The position numbers were made by a program, and so were the translations under genes. Positions 28,813-38,033 of a stretch of DNA of 64,000 bases are shown here, one piece after another. Origin of the DNA: Spirochaetales bacterium (lineage in GTDB: Bacteria > Spirochaetota > Spirochaetia > JABEVK01); assembly GCA_037142615.1 (NCBI GenBank), contig JBAXAI010000014.1:28545-92544 (forward strand). The letters are read 5' to 3'. The notes under the pieces are model-generated. The model saw only the letters and a program-made list of their open reading frames with translations, searched no databases and was not told the origin of the DNA. Each line of letters begins with the position of its first letter. The first letter of the stretch is position 1.

Positions 28813-29808
28813 CTAGCGGCGCGAACCGATTTCGTCGTTCCAGCGCTTGACCAGCCGGTCCTTGTTGGCACCGTCCCACAGCAAGTCCTGGTCCAGAGCG
28901 TTGATCTTGCTCAGCGGGTAGGCCTTGGGGTGTGTCGGGGCGCCGGGGGCGACCATCAGCAAGAAGTAGCCCGACATGACCTTCTGCGCCGAGGGGCCAA
29001 GCATCCAGTCGTAAAGCTTCTTGGCGTTCACCTGGTCTGTGCCACCCTTGACCATCGACATCGAGGCCAGTTCGAAGCCCGAACCTTCCGAAGGAGCGGT
29101 GATCGTCGCGTCGACGCCTTGGTTCAACTGCTTTACCTGGTCGTGGGCGTAGCCGATGCCGATGGGGATTTCGCCGATGGCAACGCTCGCGGCGTACGCA
29201 GCGCCCGAACGGGTGTACTGGTCGACGTTGACGTCCAGCTTCTTCAGGTAGTCAAAGGTCTTGTTCTCGTCGCCCTTGAACACATAGCGGAGCGTCGTGA
29301 TGATGTTATAGGCCGTGCCCGAGGTTCCGGGGTTGGCAACGCGGATCAGACCCTTGTACTCGGGCTTAAGCAGGTCGGCCCAGCTGGTAGGGGGCTTGAT
29401 ACCGAGCTCAGCAGCACGCTTGTTGTTCGTGAAGAACGTCAGCGGTCCGATGTAGATGCCGGTCCAGAAGCTCTCCTTGTCGCGGTAAATGGCTGGGATG
29501 GTGTCGGCCACGCGCGATTTGTAGGCCACTGTCAGGCCCTTGTCTTTGCCTGAAATGTGGTCGAGCCCCACGCCGCCTACCCAGATCGACACCTGGGGAT
29601 TGGCTTTTTCGGCTTCCATGCGGGTGATGGCTTCGCCGCCCGACAGGCGTACGAACTTCACCGCGATTCCGGTCTCTTTTTCGAACTGGGCGAACAGTTC
29701 CTTGGCCATCGCTTCGTCACACGAGGCGTAGGCGCTCACGCTCTGCTGGGCCAGGGCAACTCCGGTCAGGAGAAGCAGGGCTATCAAAGTGGTCACAACA
29801 ACTTTCAT
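28813..29808 (-). CDS. Fe3+-type ABC transporter substrate-binding protein
   Basis: FEKETGI, AEKANP, PTSWADLL, ANPGTSGTAY. Confidence 0.9.
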   Translation of the reverse strand: MKVVVTTLIALLLLTGVALAQQSVSAYASCDEAMAKELFAQFEKETGIAVKFVRLSGGEAITRMEAEKANPQVSIWVGGVGLDHISGKDKGLTVAYKSRVADTIPAIYRDKESFWTGIYIGPLTFFTNNKRAAELGIKPPTSWADLLKPEYKGLIRVANPGTSGTAYNIITTLRYVFKGDENKTFDYLKKLDVNVDQYTRSGAAYAASVAIGEIPIGIGYAHDQVKQLNQGVDATITAPSEGSGFELASMSMVKGGTDQVNAKKLYDWMLGPSAQKVMSGYFLLMVAPGAPTHPKAYPLSKINALDQDLLWDGANKDRLVKRWNDEIGSRR

Positions 29809-29863
29809 TCAGATCCTCCAAGCCTTCATCTCAACCCGGGTTTCGCTGGTCCGCCAGTGTTTC

Positions 29864-30400
29864 TCAGTGGGTGTAGAGCCCTACTTCGCGCACTTCGAGC
29901 CGGGCCTCAAACGCCGCGCCGATGGCGACCACCGCCAGCCCCGAAAGCGCCGATACCTTCACGTCGCCCCAAGCTCCGTAGTCGCCCGAAAAGCCCGTGA
30001 ACGGCAGCCGTACCTCGGTCCAGTCGGCCGTTACGGGCAAGGTGCAGCGGTAGAACTGCCAAGGGAACCAGTTTTGCGGAGTGCGCAAGTGCACGGCATA
30101 CGGTCCCGGCGCGCCGCGGACCACCAGTCGCACCCCCTGCCAAGGACGCGCGTCGAGAGTTTTCCCCTCGCGGGTGAGCACCAGACGCATCTGCAAGAAG
30201 CCCCCGTTGTTCTCGGTACGCACTTTCCCCTGCAGGCGCAGGAACGGACGGTCCTCGGTGGTGACGATGCTCGACTGCATGTTGGTCAGGCCGCCCATCA
30301 CCCGGTCGGTGAAGCCTTCCCAGCGCGTGCCCCACGTTGGCCCCGAGGAGGCGCGAAAGTCATCGAGCAGCAGTTCGGTGGTGGCCGGGGTGGGTTTCAT
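29864..30400 (-). CDS. CIA30 family protein
   Basis: WEGFTDRVMGG, ENNGGFLQMR; start MKPTPA. Confidence 0.85.
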   Translation of the reverse strand: MKPTPATTELLLDDFRASSGPTWGTRWEGFTDRVMGGLTNMQSSIVTTEDRPFLRLQGKVRTENNGGFLQMRLVLTREGKTLDARPWQGVRLVVRGAPGPYAVHLRTPQNWFPWQFYRCTLPVTADWTEVRLPFTGFSGDYGAWGDVKVSALSGLAVVAIGAAFEARLEVREVGLYTH

Positions 30401-30466
30401 GCCTTGAAGGTCGTTCTGCTGGCCGACAAAGGCAAACGTCGCTATCTTGGCAGCCAGAGGTACACC

Positions 30467-31249
30467 ATGCGACTGCTTCGCCTTGCCACCGCCACCGTGC
30501 TCCTGACCCTGCTCGGAGCCTGTTCCACCACCGGCATGCCCGCCGGTACGCCCGTCAAAGACCTGATCAACGTGACCTACCCCTCGCTCGACGGCAAACT
30601 CACCCTCGGCGGCTATTTGGCCAAGCCGAGCGCGCCCGGAAGCTACCCAGCGGTGCTCATGGTGCACGAATGGTGGGGACTCACCGAGGAAATGGACCGC
30701 AAGGCCGACCTCTTGGCCCAGGATGGGTTCGTCGTTCTCGCCATCGACGCCATGCGCGGCCGCAGTGCCAACTCGGTGCCAGCCGCCATCCTTCAGGTGT
30801 CGACCACCCCCAAGGACCAGATCGACGCCGACGTCGATGCCGCGCTGGCCTACCTCAAGGCCTTGCCCGAGGTCGACGCCACCCGCGTGGGGGCCACCGG
30901 CTTCTGCTTTGGTGGCACCACCACCATGCGCCTGGGCATCCGCGACGGTTCGCTCAAGGCCGCCGTGATCTTCTACGGTTCGGGTCCCGTGACAGACGTG
31001 GCCAAGCTCGGCCACTTGGGCGAAAGTGGTCCCGTCTTGGGGATCTTTGGCACCAAAGACAGCAACATCCCCACCGCGCAGGCCGTGGCCTTCAGCGACG
31101 CGCTCAAGGCCAAGGGCGTGGGCGAGGTGCACCTGTACGAGGGCGAAGGCCACGCCTTCGTCAAGTACGACACCCTCAGCGTTCCCGGCGCCTCGCAAGA
31201 TGGCTGGAATGAGATGAAGGCCTTTCTCGAGCGCAATCTGAAGGGGTAA
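30467..31249 (+). CDS. Dienelactone hydrolase family lipoprotein
   Basis: Lipobox LLGAC; HEWWGL, GFCFGG, EGHAF. Confidence 0.9.
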   Translation: MRLLRLATATVLLTLLGACSTTGMPAGTPVKDLINVTYPSLDGKLTLGGYLAKPSAPGSYPAVLMVHEWWGLTEEMDRKADLLAQDGFVVLAIDAMRGRSANSVPAAILQVSTTPKDQIDADVDAALAYLKALPEVDATRVGATGFCFGGTTTMRLGIRDGSLKAAVIFYGSGPVTDVAKLGHLGESGPVLGIFGTKDSNIPTAQAVAFSDALKAKGVGEVHLYEGEGHAFVKYDTLSVPGASQDGWNEMKAFLERNLKG

Positions 31250-31252
31250 GCC

Positions 31253-31546
31253 CTACATTACCCGGATGAGTTGGTCGTCTTCCATCCGGAACACCTCGGC
31301 GAAGGCCATCATCGCCTTCCCGAAACTGGGGTCCTTCATCAGGCCAATCGAGAATTGCTCCTCGTCGGCCAGCGAGTCAAACTTGGCCACGAAGCGGTAT
31401 TCTGCGATGGGCCCCGCGATGTTGCCCCACGCCTCAACACCCTTGGTCTGCGGTTGCCTGGCCCAGCAATCCAACAGCCCCTTGGCCGCTTCTTCCATCT
31501 TTCCCCAGTCCCCTGTGATCACTGCCCTGCGAATCAAGTACACCAT
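31253..31546 (-). CDS. Small hypothetical protein (NIPSNAP/Dabb-like pattern)
   Basis: RBS AGGAGG; KFDSLADEE motif. Confidence 0.6.
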   Translation of the reverse strand: MVYLIRRAVITGDWGKMEEAAKGLLDCWARQPQTKGVEAWGNIAGPIAEYRFVAKFDSLADEEQFSIGLMKDPSFGKAMMAFAEVFRMEDDQLIRVM

Positions 31547-31712
31547 GGTGTGCCTCCTGTTGCCAGCATAAGCCAGAAAGCTGAGTTAGCAAGTCAGAAA
31601 TAGAGGAGCAGTCAGCGGGAGCAGAGAAAATCCTTAACGTCTCCGCTGAAAAAGCATAAAAATCAGCAGAGTCGCTGTTGATTTCTGGAGTCCTGACCGC
31701 TAAGATGTCGGT

Positions 31713-32873
31713 ATGGACTACCCGAGGACCCTCGACCTCGCCACATTGGCGCAGTCCAAGTCGCTCTTTCTCTTCGGACCTCGAAGTACCGGCAAGTCGA
31801 CCTTGATCCGGGCGCAGTTTGGCGAGGCCGTCACGGTCAATCTCCTGCGAAGCAGCGTCTTCCTCGAGCTTTCGCAGCGCCCCTCGAACCTCGCCGACCT
31901 TTGCCGCGAAATCGCTCGCAACAGCCCGTTGTTCGTCATCGACGAGATCCAGAAACTCCCCCAACTTCTCGACGAAGTGCACCACCTGATCGAAACCACA
32001 AAGCTTCACTTTGTGCTCACTGGCTCGAGCGCGCGTAAGCTCAGGCGGTCGGGCGTCAACTTGCTGGCTGGCCGAGCGTGGCAGGCCAACCTGTTCCCAC
32101 TCACTTCCGCTGAGCTTGGCGAGGTCGACCTCGACCGCTACCTGTTGTACGGGGGCCTTCCGCAGGTGGTCACCAGCGCGCTTCCTCTGGAAGAACTCGA
32201 CGCCTACGTGAACACCTACCTGAAAGAGGAGATCAAGGAAGAGGCGCTCGTGCAGAACTTCGCGCATTTCTCGCGGTTCTTGAAGGTGGCCGCGCTGGGC
32301 AATACCGAACAGCTGAACTTTGCCAAAGTGTCGCAAGACACGGGAATCGCAGCGAGTTCCGTCAGGTCGTACTTCGAAGTGCTGACCGACACCTTCATTG
32401 GCTTCCAGCTGGAACCGTGGCAGGGAGCGACGAGCCGCAAGGCCGTGGCAACCTCGAAGTTCTATTTCTTCGATGTCGGCGTGGCCAATTTTCTTCGCGG
32501 CAACCTGACTCTGCCGCGTCACACGCAGGAGTTCGGCAAGAGCCTCGAGCACTTCATCGCCATGGAGCTTCGGGCCTGGCTTTCGTACCGACGCCTCAAG
32601 AAGCCCCTGAGCTACTGGCGCACCCAGACTGGTATCGAGGTGGACTTTATTGTCGGCGACGGACTGGCCATCGAGGTCAAGTCGACCTCCAAAGTCACCG
32701 ACAGCGACCTCAAAGGCTTGCGAGTTCTTCGCAAAGAGCGTCCCGACCTGCAGGCAATTGTCGTCTCGCAAGATGAAGTGGCCCGGCAGACCGCCGATGG
32801 CATCCGTGTTTTGCCGTGGCGACAGTTCCTGACCGAGCTGTGGGCGGGGGGCGTCATGCCCAAGCCGGCGTGA
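31713..32873 (+). CDS. AAA+ ATPase with DUF4143 (PD-(D/E)xK-like) C-terminus
   Basis: GPRSTGKST, IDEIQK, LTGSSAR, KFYFFDVG, EVDF..AIEVK. Confidence 0.9.
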   Translation: MDYPRTLDLATLAQSKSLFLFGPRSTGKSTLIRAQFGEAVTVNLLRSSVFLELSQRPSNLADLCREIARNSPLFVIDEIQKLPQLLDEVHHLIETTKLHFVLTGSSARKLRRSGVNLLAGRAWQANLFPLTSAELGEVDLDRYLLYGGLPQVVTSALPLEELDAYVNTYLKEEIKEEALVQNFAHFSRFLKVAALGNTEQLNFAKVSQDTGIAASSVRSYFEVLTDTFIGFQLEPWQGATSRKAVATSKFYFFDVGVANFLRGNLTLPRHTQEFGKSLEHFIAMELRAWLSYRRLKKPLSYWRTQTGIEVDFIVGDGLAIEVKSTSKVTDSDLKGLRVLRKERPDLQAIVVSQDEVARQTADGIRVLPWRQFLTELWAGGVMPKPA

Positions 32874-32900
32874 GTTGGGGCTGACACGCCCCCCACGGCG
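32845..32900. repeat. Palindromic element A (GGGGGGCGT...ACGCCCCCCACGGCG)
   Basis: cggggggcgtca ... ctgacacgccccccacggcg; both arms shared with element B. Confidence 0.65.
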
Positions 32901-32981
32901 AGCTATGCCCACGCAAGCGTGGCCATGATCTCGCCGTCCCCCAGTAGGTATCCAAGCACCATTAGTGCACCGGTCGATGGT

Positions 32982-33197
32982 ATGCTACAGTCATTACCGT
33001 GTACCTGGACAACTGTTGCTATAACCGACCCTACGATGATCAGACGCAGATTCGCGTGCTTTTGGAGGCCGACTCACTTCACCTCGCTTGTGCAATCTTC
33101 GGAAAACACCGAGTGGCGCAAAGAGAGTCTATTTCCGGGCCTGACTGTCGAACAGATCCACGATCTGGCCGCCCAGGAATCTCGGACCGGGAGCTAG
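32982..33197 (+). pseudogene. Collapsed PIN toxin / antitoxin remnant
   Basis: YLDNCCYNRPYDDQTQIRVLLEA joined directly to DSLHLACA (PIN ends), then TEWRKESLFPGLTVEQI in another frame (antitoxin C-terminus). Confidence 0.7.
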
Positions 33198-33264
33198 CCT
33201 ATTGTCTCAGGCGGCGTCATTGTCGGGGTTGACCGTATGCTATAATTCTTCCGAGGTTGCCACC

Positions 33265-33492
33265 ATGCCCAACTACCATCAGCGGATCTCGTCGTCTCCC
33301 GATGTCCTTTCTGGCAAGCCCGTTATTAGAGGAACACGGATTTCGGTCGAACTTATCCTGACCCGGCTCGCCGAAGGCGCCACCGTCGAATGGCTACTGG
33401 ACGCCTGGCCCCACCTGACCCGTGACGACGTTCTGGCGGCCTTGGCGTATTCAGCCAGCGTTGTGGCTAGCGAGGAAATGCTGGTTGTCTGA
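33265..33492 (+). CDS. DUF433 family antitoxin
   Basis: PDVLSGKPVIRGTRISVE...LTRDDVLAALAY. Confidence 0.92.
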   Translation: MPNYHQRISSSPDVLSGKPVIRGTRISVELILTRLAEGATVEWLLDAWPHLTRDDVLAALAYSASVVASEEMLVV

Positions 33493-33841
33493 ACCGCTTC
33501 TTCTCGCTGATGAAAACCTCCATCGACGCATCATTGAGGCCCTCCGCGGCGCCGGCTGCATCGTGCGCTCGATCCGCGAAGAGTCTCCCGGGCTTCCCGA
33601 TCGAGGGGTACTGCAGATCGCACTGGAAGCAGGGGCTGTTCTCGTCACCGAAGACTCGGACTTTGGTGAACTTGTCTTTGCCCACGCGCATCCCAGTCTG
33701 GGAATTGTGTACCTCAGGTACGCGCCTGGAGAAGTCGATGCAATCTCAGCCTCGCTGTTGGGTCTCATCAAAAGTCGTCCTTTGCTTGGCAAGTTTTGCA
33801 CGTTGACGGCAACCAAAATACGAACAAGGGAGCTTCCATGA
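33485..33841 (+). CDS. DUF5615 PIN-like toxin
   Basis: LLADENL, GLPD, LVTEDSDFGEL; TTG start overlapping DUF433. Confidence 0.88.
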   Translation: MSEPLLLADENLHRRIIEALRGAGCIVRSIREESPGLPDRGVLQIALEAGAVLVTEDSDFGELVFAHAHPSLGIVYLRYAPGEVDAISASLLGLIKSRPLLGKFCTLTATKIRTRELP

Positions 33842-34090
33842 CCTTCCAAATGGGCGAGTTATTCTGCGGTCCAGGCGGCATCGCCAAAGGCGTCGACCTG
33901 GCCAACCAGGCCATGGCTGGCCAAGGCATCCACGTGCAACATGCCTAGGCCACCGACTACCACCCCGAAACATGGGAAACCTACCGGCTAAATATTTTCC
34001 CAACCAACCCGAAAAAGTGGTGTGCGCCGACATCCGCACCCTCGACTACAGCGTGCTCCGTGGGCTGGGCGAAATCGACGGGCTGCTCGT
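33838..34090 (+). pseudogene. DNA (cytosine-5) methyltransferase pseudogene (N-terminal fragment)
   Basis: MTFQMGELFCGPGG (motif I), HA*ATDY (in-frame TAG 33946-33948), frameshift near 34012-34017, CADIRTLD...IDGL; ends before the catalytic PC motif. Confidence 0.85.
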
Positions 34091-34099
34091 CCTCGAAGT

Positions 34100-34172
34100 C
34101 GGGGGGCGTTAGGTCTACGCGACCACTGAGTTCGCCCATTTGGGCGACACGCTGATACGCCCCCCCACGGCG
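34100..34172. repeat. Palindromic element B
   Basis: cggggggcgtta ... ctgatacgcccccccacggcg with internal tcgccca-tt-tgggcga hairpin. Confidence 0.65.
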
Positions 34173-34222
34173 CACAGGATTGCGCCGTCCCCCAGTGGTG
34201 GCCCATGTGATATAGTTCCCAA

Positions 34223-35680
34223 ATGGACAAACTCGACTACGCGACGTATCAGCGCTTGCTGGCTCCGGGAACTTCCTTGGGCTCTTTCAGCGTTCAAAAA
34301 GTGACGCCCGATGTAACCGTACTCTTGGGTGATCCACAGATTCGCCGAGGGGCTACCTCTGGCACGGTTGCTGCGCCACGCTACCTGCCCACACCCTTGC
34401 TACTGGAGATCTGCAACGCCATCCTCACCGGATCACTTCCCTTCGAGGTACTGAAGGACAACCGCAAGGAGAAGGGACTTTCCCAGGCACTGCTCGATCT
34501 CGGAATTGCGCATGACACCTACATACTTGGCTACGACTCCAACATTCTTCGAATCCACGAGTTTGTCGTGTCAAAGTTGGGTAGCTACAGGCCGTCACTC
34601 CGACCTTCGGCCCCCCTCCCCAAACCTTTCCTCCTCCTCGCCGGCATTTCCGGTACCGGCAAAACGCGATGGGTGCGCCAAAGGGCCGTCCCCGGCAAGA
34701 ACAACGTCAAGGTCATCCCCGTGCGCCCCGACTGGCACGAACCGACGGACCTGTTGGGCTATGTCAGCCGAATCTCGACCCCCGAAAAGTACGTGTCGCC
34801 CACTGGGTTGCCGGCTTTTCTGATCGAAGCCTGGCGCGACTGCTGGGCCGCCTCACCGACACTGACGCCAGCGGCCGCTGCGGTGGACGCCATGACCCCC
34901 TTCTGGCTTTGCCTCGACGAGATGAACCTCGCTCCCGTGGAGCAGTACTTTGCCGACTACTTGAGCGTGCTCGAGGAACGTCACTGGACGGGAGGAGTTT
35001 ACTCGTGTCCCCCTTTGCTGAAGTTTGAATCGCCCGAGGTGGCAACCCTGATCCGCGAAGCGTTGATGATTCCCCTGGATGACTCCCTCTGGAGTCAGTT
35101 CTTGAACGCCGACGAACCCGGCATTCCGCTTCCCCCCAACCTGGTTGTGGTCGGTACCGTCAACATGGACGAGACCACCCACGGCTTCAGCCGCAAGGTG
35201 CTCGACCGCGCGCTGACCATTGAGTTCGACGACGTCGACTTCGGGCTCTACGGAGGCACCCAGCTGGCCGACGAGCTCACAACCGTCCTGCCGTGGACGA
35301 GCCTTGGGCACCTGACCGACGTCAACGACTTTCCTGCACCGCCGTCCGCCAAAGCCGAGGTTCTCGACTTCCTCGAACATTGGAACCTCAAGAACGCCCA
35401 GACTCCGTTTCGCATTGCTTACCGCACCATCAACGAGTCGCTTCTGATCGCCGGTTCGCTCGAGGGCAAGCCGGCGGGGGAGGTTCTTGACTGGGTGGCC
35501 ATGACCAAGCTGCTGCCGCGGCTCGAGGGCGACGCCGACAAGTGTGCGGTGCTCGATACCTTGCTGGCGGACTGGCCCGCCAAGTTTGGCGAGTCGTGGA
35601 AAGACAGCCGATCGCAGCGCAAGCTCTTGGCCATGCAAGAACGGCTGAAGCGGACCAGCTACACCTCGTTCTGGCCCTGA
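34223..35680 (+). CDS. mcrB: McrB-family AAA+ GTPase
   Basis: LAGISGTGKT, VRPDW, LDEMNLA, GTVNMDETT, FSRKVLDRA. Confidence 0.9.
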   Translation: MDKLDYATYQRLLAPGTSLGSFSVQKVTPDVTVLLGDPQIRRGATSGTVAAPRYLPTPLLLEICNAILTGSLPFEVLKDNRKEKGLSQALLDLGIAHDTYILGYDSNILRIHEFVVSKLGSYRPSLRPSAPLPKPFLLLAGISGTGKTRWVRQRAVPGKNNVKVIPVRPDWHEPTDLLGYVSRISTPEKYVSPTGLPAFLIEAWRDCWAASPTLTPAAAAVDAMTPFWLCLDEMNLAPVEQYFADYLSVLEERHWTGGVYSCPPLLKFESPEVATLIREALMIPLDDSLWSQFLNADEPGIPLPPNLVVVGTVNMDETTHGFSRKVLDRALTIEFDDVDFGLYGGTQLADELTTVLPWTSLGHLTDVNDFPAPPSAKAEVLDFLEHWNLKNAQTPFRIAYRTINESLLIAGSLEGKPAGEVLDWVAMTKLLPRLEGDADKCAVLDTLLADWPAKFGESWKDSRSQRKLLAMQERLKRTSYTSFWP

Positions 35681-35682
35681 CC

Positions 35683-37791
35683 ATGAACCGCTATGTCGCC
35701 CTCGTCTTGGAGGACCCCAACCGTTCGGCTTGGAAGGTGCAGCTCACCACGGCGAAGAATCCCGACGAACAACTCGCAACCTTGACCCGGTTGGTCGGCG
35801 CGCTGCCCGTTGACCCCCCGAGGGTGTTCGAGAACACCAGTTACACCGTCACGATCACCTCGGGGGAGGGCTGGGAGATTACTTCGGTCGGGCACCGAGT
35901 ACGCCAGGACGTGGCCGAAGCCTTTGAACCTTTGGAGCCCGCTGGCGCGGCCCACCGACGCTGGCACGGTACGCTGAACTTCGGCAACGACCTCGGCTGG
36001 TTCTTCCTCGAGCTCGAGGCTCGGCGCGATGGAACCTCGGCAAGTCTTCGAGACCGCGCTGGCTGGCAAGTCTGGCCCCTCAAGCTCAACTACGCCAGTG
36101 ACTTCCGAAAAATGATCCGCCAGGTCGAGGACGTCTACCCGCTCTGGCTGTTCCGCTTCGATACCGCCACGGTACACGACGCGGGGCGCTCCTCGCTGCG
36201 AGACCAGGGCCTGCTACTGTTGTGGTTTGCCCAGTTTGATCGCCTGTGGGAGACCTTCGAGCGCGGTCTGGGGGCCGTGGTTCAGAACCCGCACGTGCAG
36301 CTCGACGGGCAACCAGCGCGCCTTCGTGCCGACAGGCTCCGCGGCAAGCTGAACCATCGCCTTGCCCAAGACGTCGTTTTGCATCGCAAGGAGTCCGAGC
36401 GAACCTACGCCGTGCAACGTTGGCGCTCCAGCCTCGACACCCCTGAGAACCGATTCGTGCGCCACACCATCGAAACCGCACTTCGGGCCCTCGAACGGTT
36501 CGCCACCCTCGTCGAGAACCCGAGCTTGTCCGAGCTGTTCCGAACCAGGTTACTGGGGAGGTTGTCGCGGCTCCGAGCTTTGCGGTCCGACCCGATGTTC
36601 CGGGGCCTGAGTACCTTCTCGGGGCTCGTTCAGGAATCTCTCGTGTTGCATCATCGCTCGGGCTACTCCGACGTGTACCGCGTGTGGCTCGAACTTCGCT
36701 TTGGCCTCGAGTTCTTTGCCAACGTGAACAACACTCAAATCGGCATGCGCTCGGTCAACGAGCTCTATGAGATTTGGTGCTTCCTGGAGCTTCGAAAGGT
36801 TCTCGCCGAACTTGAGTTTGCCGAAACTCAACAGACGAAACCTCGCTGGCGAGATACCGGCCTCGAGCGACAGCTCGACGAAGGCAAGGGTGCCAGCTTC
36901 GAGTTCGAGCGTCGCGGCCTTCGCGTCCGGCTGTCGCACGAGCCTACCTACGGTAAGACCAACAAGGGCGGCCTGCGAAGCTACACCATCAGTCAGCGGC
37001 CCGACATCGTTCTCGAGGCCGGTGGCCTGGTGTGGATCTTCGACGCGAAGTACCGGCTCAAGTCGCCCAGCGACGACCTGACGAAGGTCGACAGTGGTCG
37101 TTCTGGCGAGTGGCTGGCCCCGCCGGACACCCTGAACCAAATGCATCGCTATCGGGACTCCATTCTCCTCCACGAAGAGTCCAAGTCCCGCCCAGTCATC
37201 TCGGCGTTTGCCCTGTTCCCAAGCCCAGTGGATCAGACCGCACCACTCGAGAGCAATCCCTACTGGAACGACATTGTCGAGGTCGGCATCGGGGCCTTTC
37301 CGCTCGTGCCGAAGGAAGACGGTTCCGGGCGCCTCTGGCTCAAACAGTACCTCTCGGCCCAGCTGGCGCAGCTGGATAGTGAGGATGGCGATGTGCTGGA
37401 GCACGACAACGTCCAGATCCCAGTGACGGGACTGGCCTACCGCGAGCGCGACCTGCTCATCATCCCGGTGGAGCGTTTGGCCGGCAGTATCGACCTCGAG
37501 CAGCTCCGCGAAGGCCGTGCTGAGTCGGTAGAGTTGCCAGCCGACTTCCATCCGGATAGAAGACGCCTCGGCTCCGTAACGTTCGTCGGCTTTCTCTTCG
37601 AGGCCTCGCCCGGGCAGTCCCGTTCGATCCACGGGGTCTACCGGGTCAGCGAGGGTTGGCCGATGGCTGCGGGAACGCTCCATCTCAGCACCTACTTAGC
37701 CCCACCGACACCGAAAGGGGTAGCCTGGAAGGGCGGTTCGTGGTTCCGGTATTCGGACGTTGCCGGGGTTCTCGGGGTAAGTCCGCATTGA
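35683..37791 (+). CDS. McrC-like nuclease (DUF2357 + PD-(D/E)xK)
   Basis: DTPENRFV, LYEIWCF, QRPDIVL...FDAKYR, QMHRYRD. Confidence 0.88.
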   Translation: MNRYVALVLEDPNRSAWKVQLTTAKNPDEQLATLTRLVGALPVDPPRVFENTSYTVTITSGEGWEITSVGHRVRQDVAEAFEPLEPAGAAHRRWHGTLNFGNDLGWFFLELEARRDGTSASLRDRAGWQVWPLKLNYASDFRKMIRQVEDVYPLWLFRFDTATVHDAGRSSLRDQGLLLLWFAQFDRLWETFERGLGAVVQNPHVQLDGQPARLRADRLRGKLNHRLAQDVVLHRKESERTYAVQRWRSSLDTPENRFVRHTIETALRALERFATLVENPSLSELFRTRLLGRLSRLRALRSDPMFRGLSTFSGLVQESLVLHHRSGYSDVYRVWLELRFGLEFFANVNNTQIGMRSVNELYEIWCFLELRKVLAELEFAETQQTKPRWRDTGLERQLDEGKGASFEFERRGLRVRLSHEPTYGKTNKGGLRSYTISQRPDIVLEAGGLVWIFDAKYRLKSPSDDLTKVDSGRSGEWLAPPDTLNQMHRYRDSILLHEESKSRPVISAFALFPSPVDQTAPLESNPYWNDIVEVGIGAFPLVPKEDGSGRLWLKQYLSAQLAQLDSEDGDVLEHDNVQIPVTGLAYRERDLLIIPVERLAGSIDLEQLREGRAESVELPADFHPDRRRLGSVTFVGFLFEASPGQSRSIHGVYRVSEGWPMAAGTLHLSTYLAPPTPKGVAWKGGSWFRYSDVAGVLGVSPH

Positions 37792-37837
37792 CACCTTTCG
37801 GCGCAGCGGTTAGCTTGATTTGATCTGAGGAGTTGTC

Positions 37838-38029
37838 ATGACCCTGACAAGACAGGCAAGGCGAGCGGCTAGAAAAGTTGGCACGATTGCCCGTGAAAAA
37901 GCCACAAACGCTGGCGTCCCCATTGTTTATGCCAAGGACGGCTTCATCATCCGTGAGTATCCCGATGGGCATACCGAAGTCGTCAGGCCCACACTTGCGG
38001 GTCTTGGTTTGCCTCCGAAGAAGAACTAG
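37838..38029 (+). CDS. Small putative antitoxin partner of zeta-like ATPase
   Basis: 63 aa, GVPIVYAKDG...PDG motif, immediately upstream of P-loop kinase. Confidence 0.65.
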   Translation: MTLTRQARRAARKVGTIAREKATNAGVPIVYAKDGFIIREYPDGHTEVVRPTLAGLGLPPKKN

Positions 38030-38033
38030 TGGA

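Noticed and set aside
29809-29863. SAM or cobalamin riboswitch ahead of the ABC/methyltransferase operon
   Set aside because: Only 55 bp intergenic and no recognisable consensus.
34100-34172. Integron attC site (contains GTTAGGT)
   Set aside because: No matching RYYYAAC inverse core, the sister element lacks GTT, and no intI in the window.
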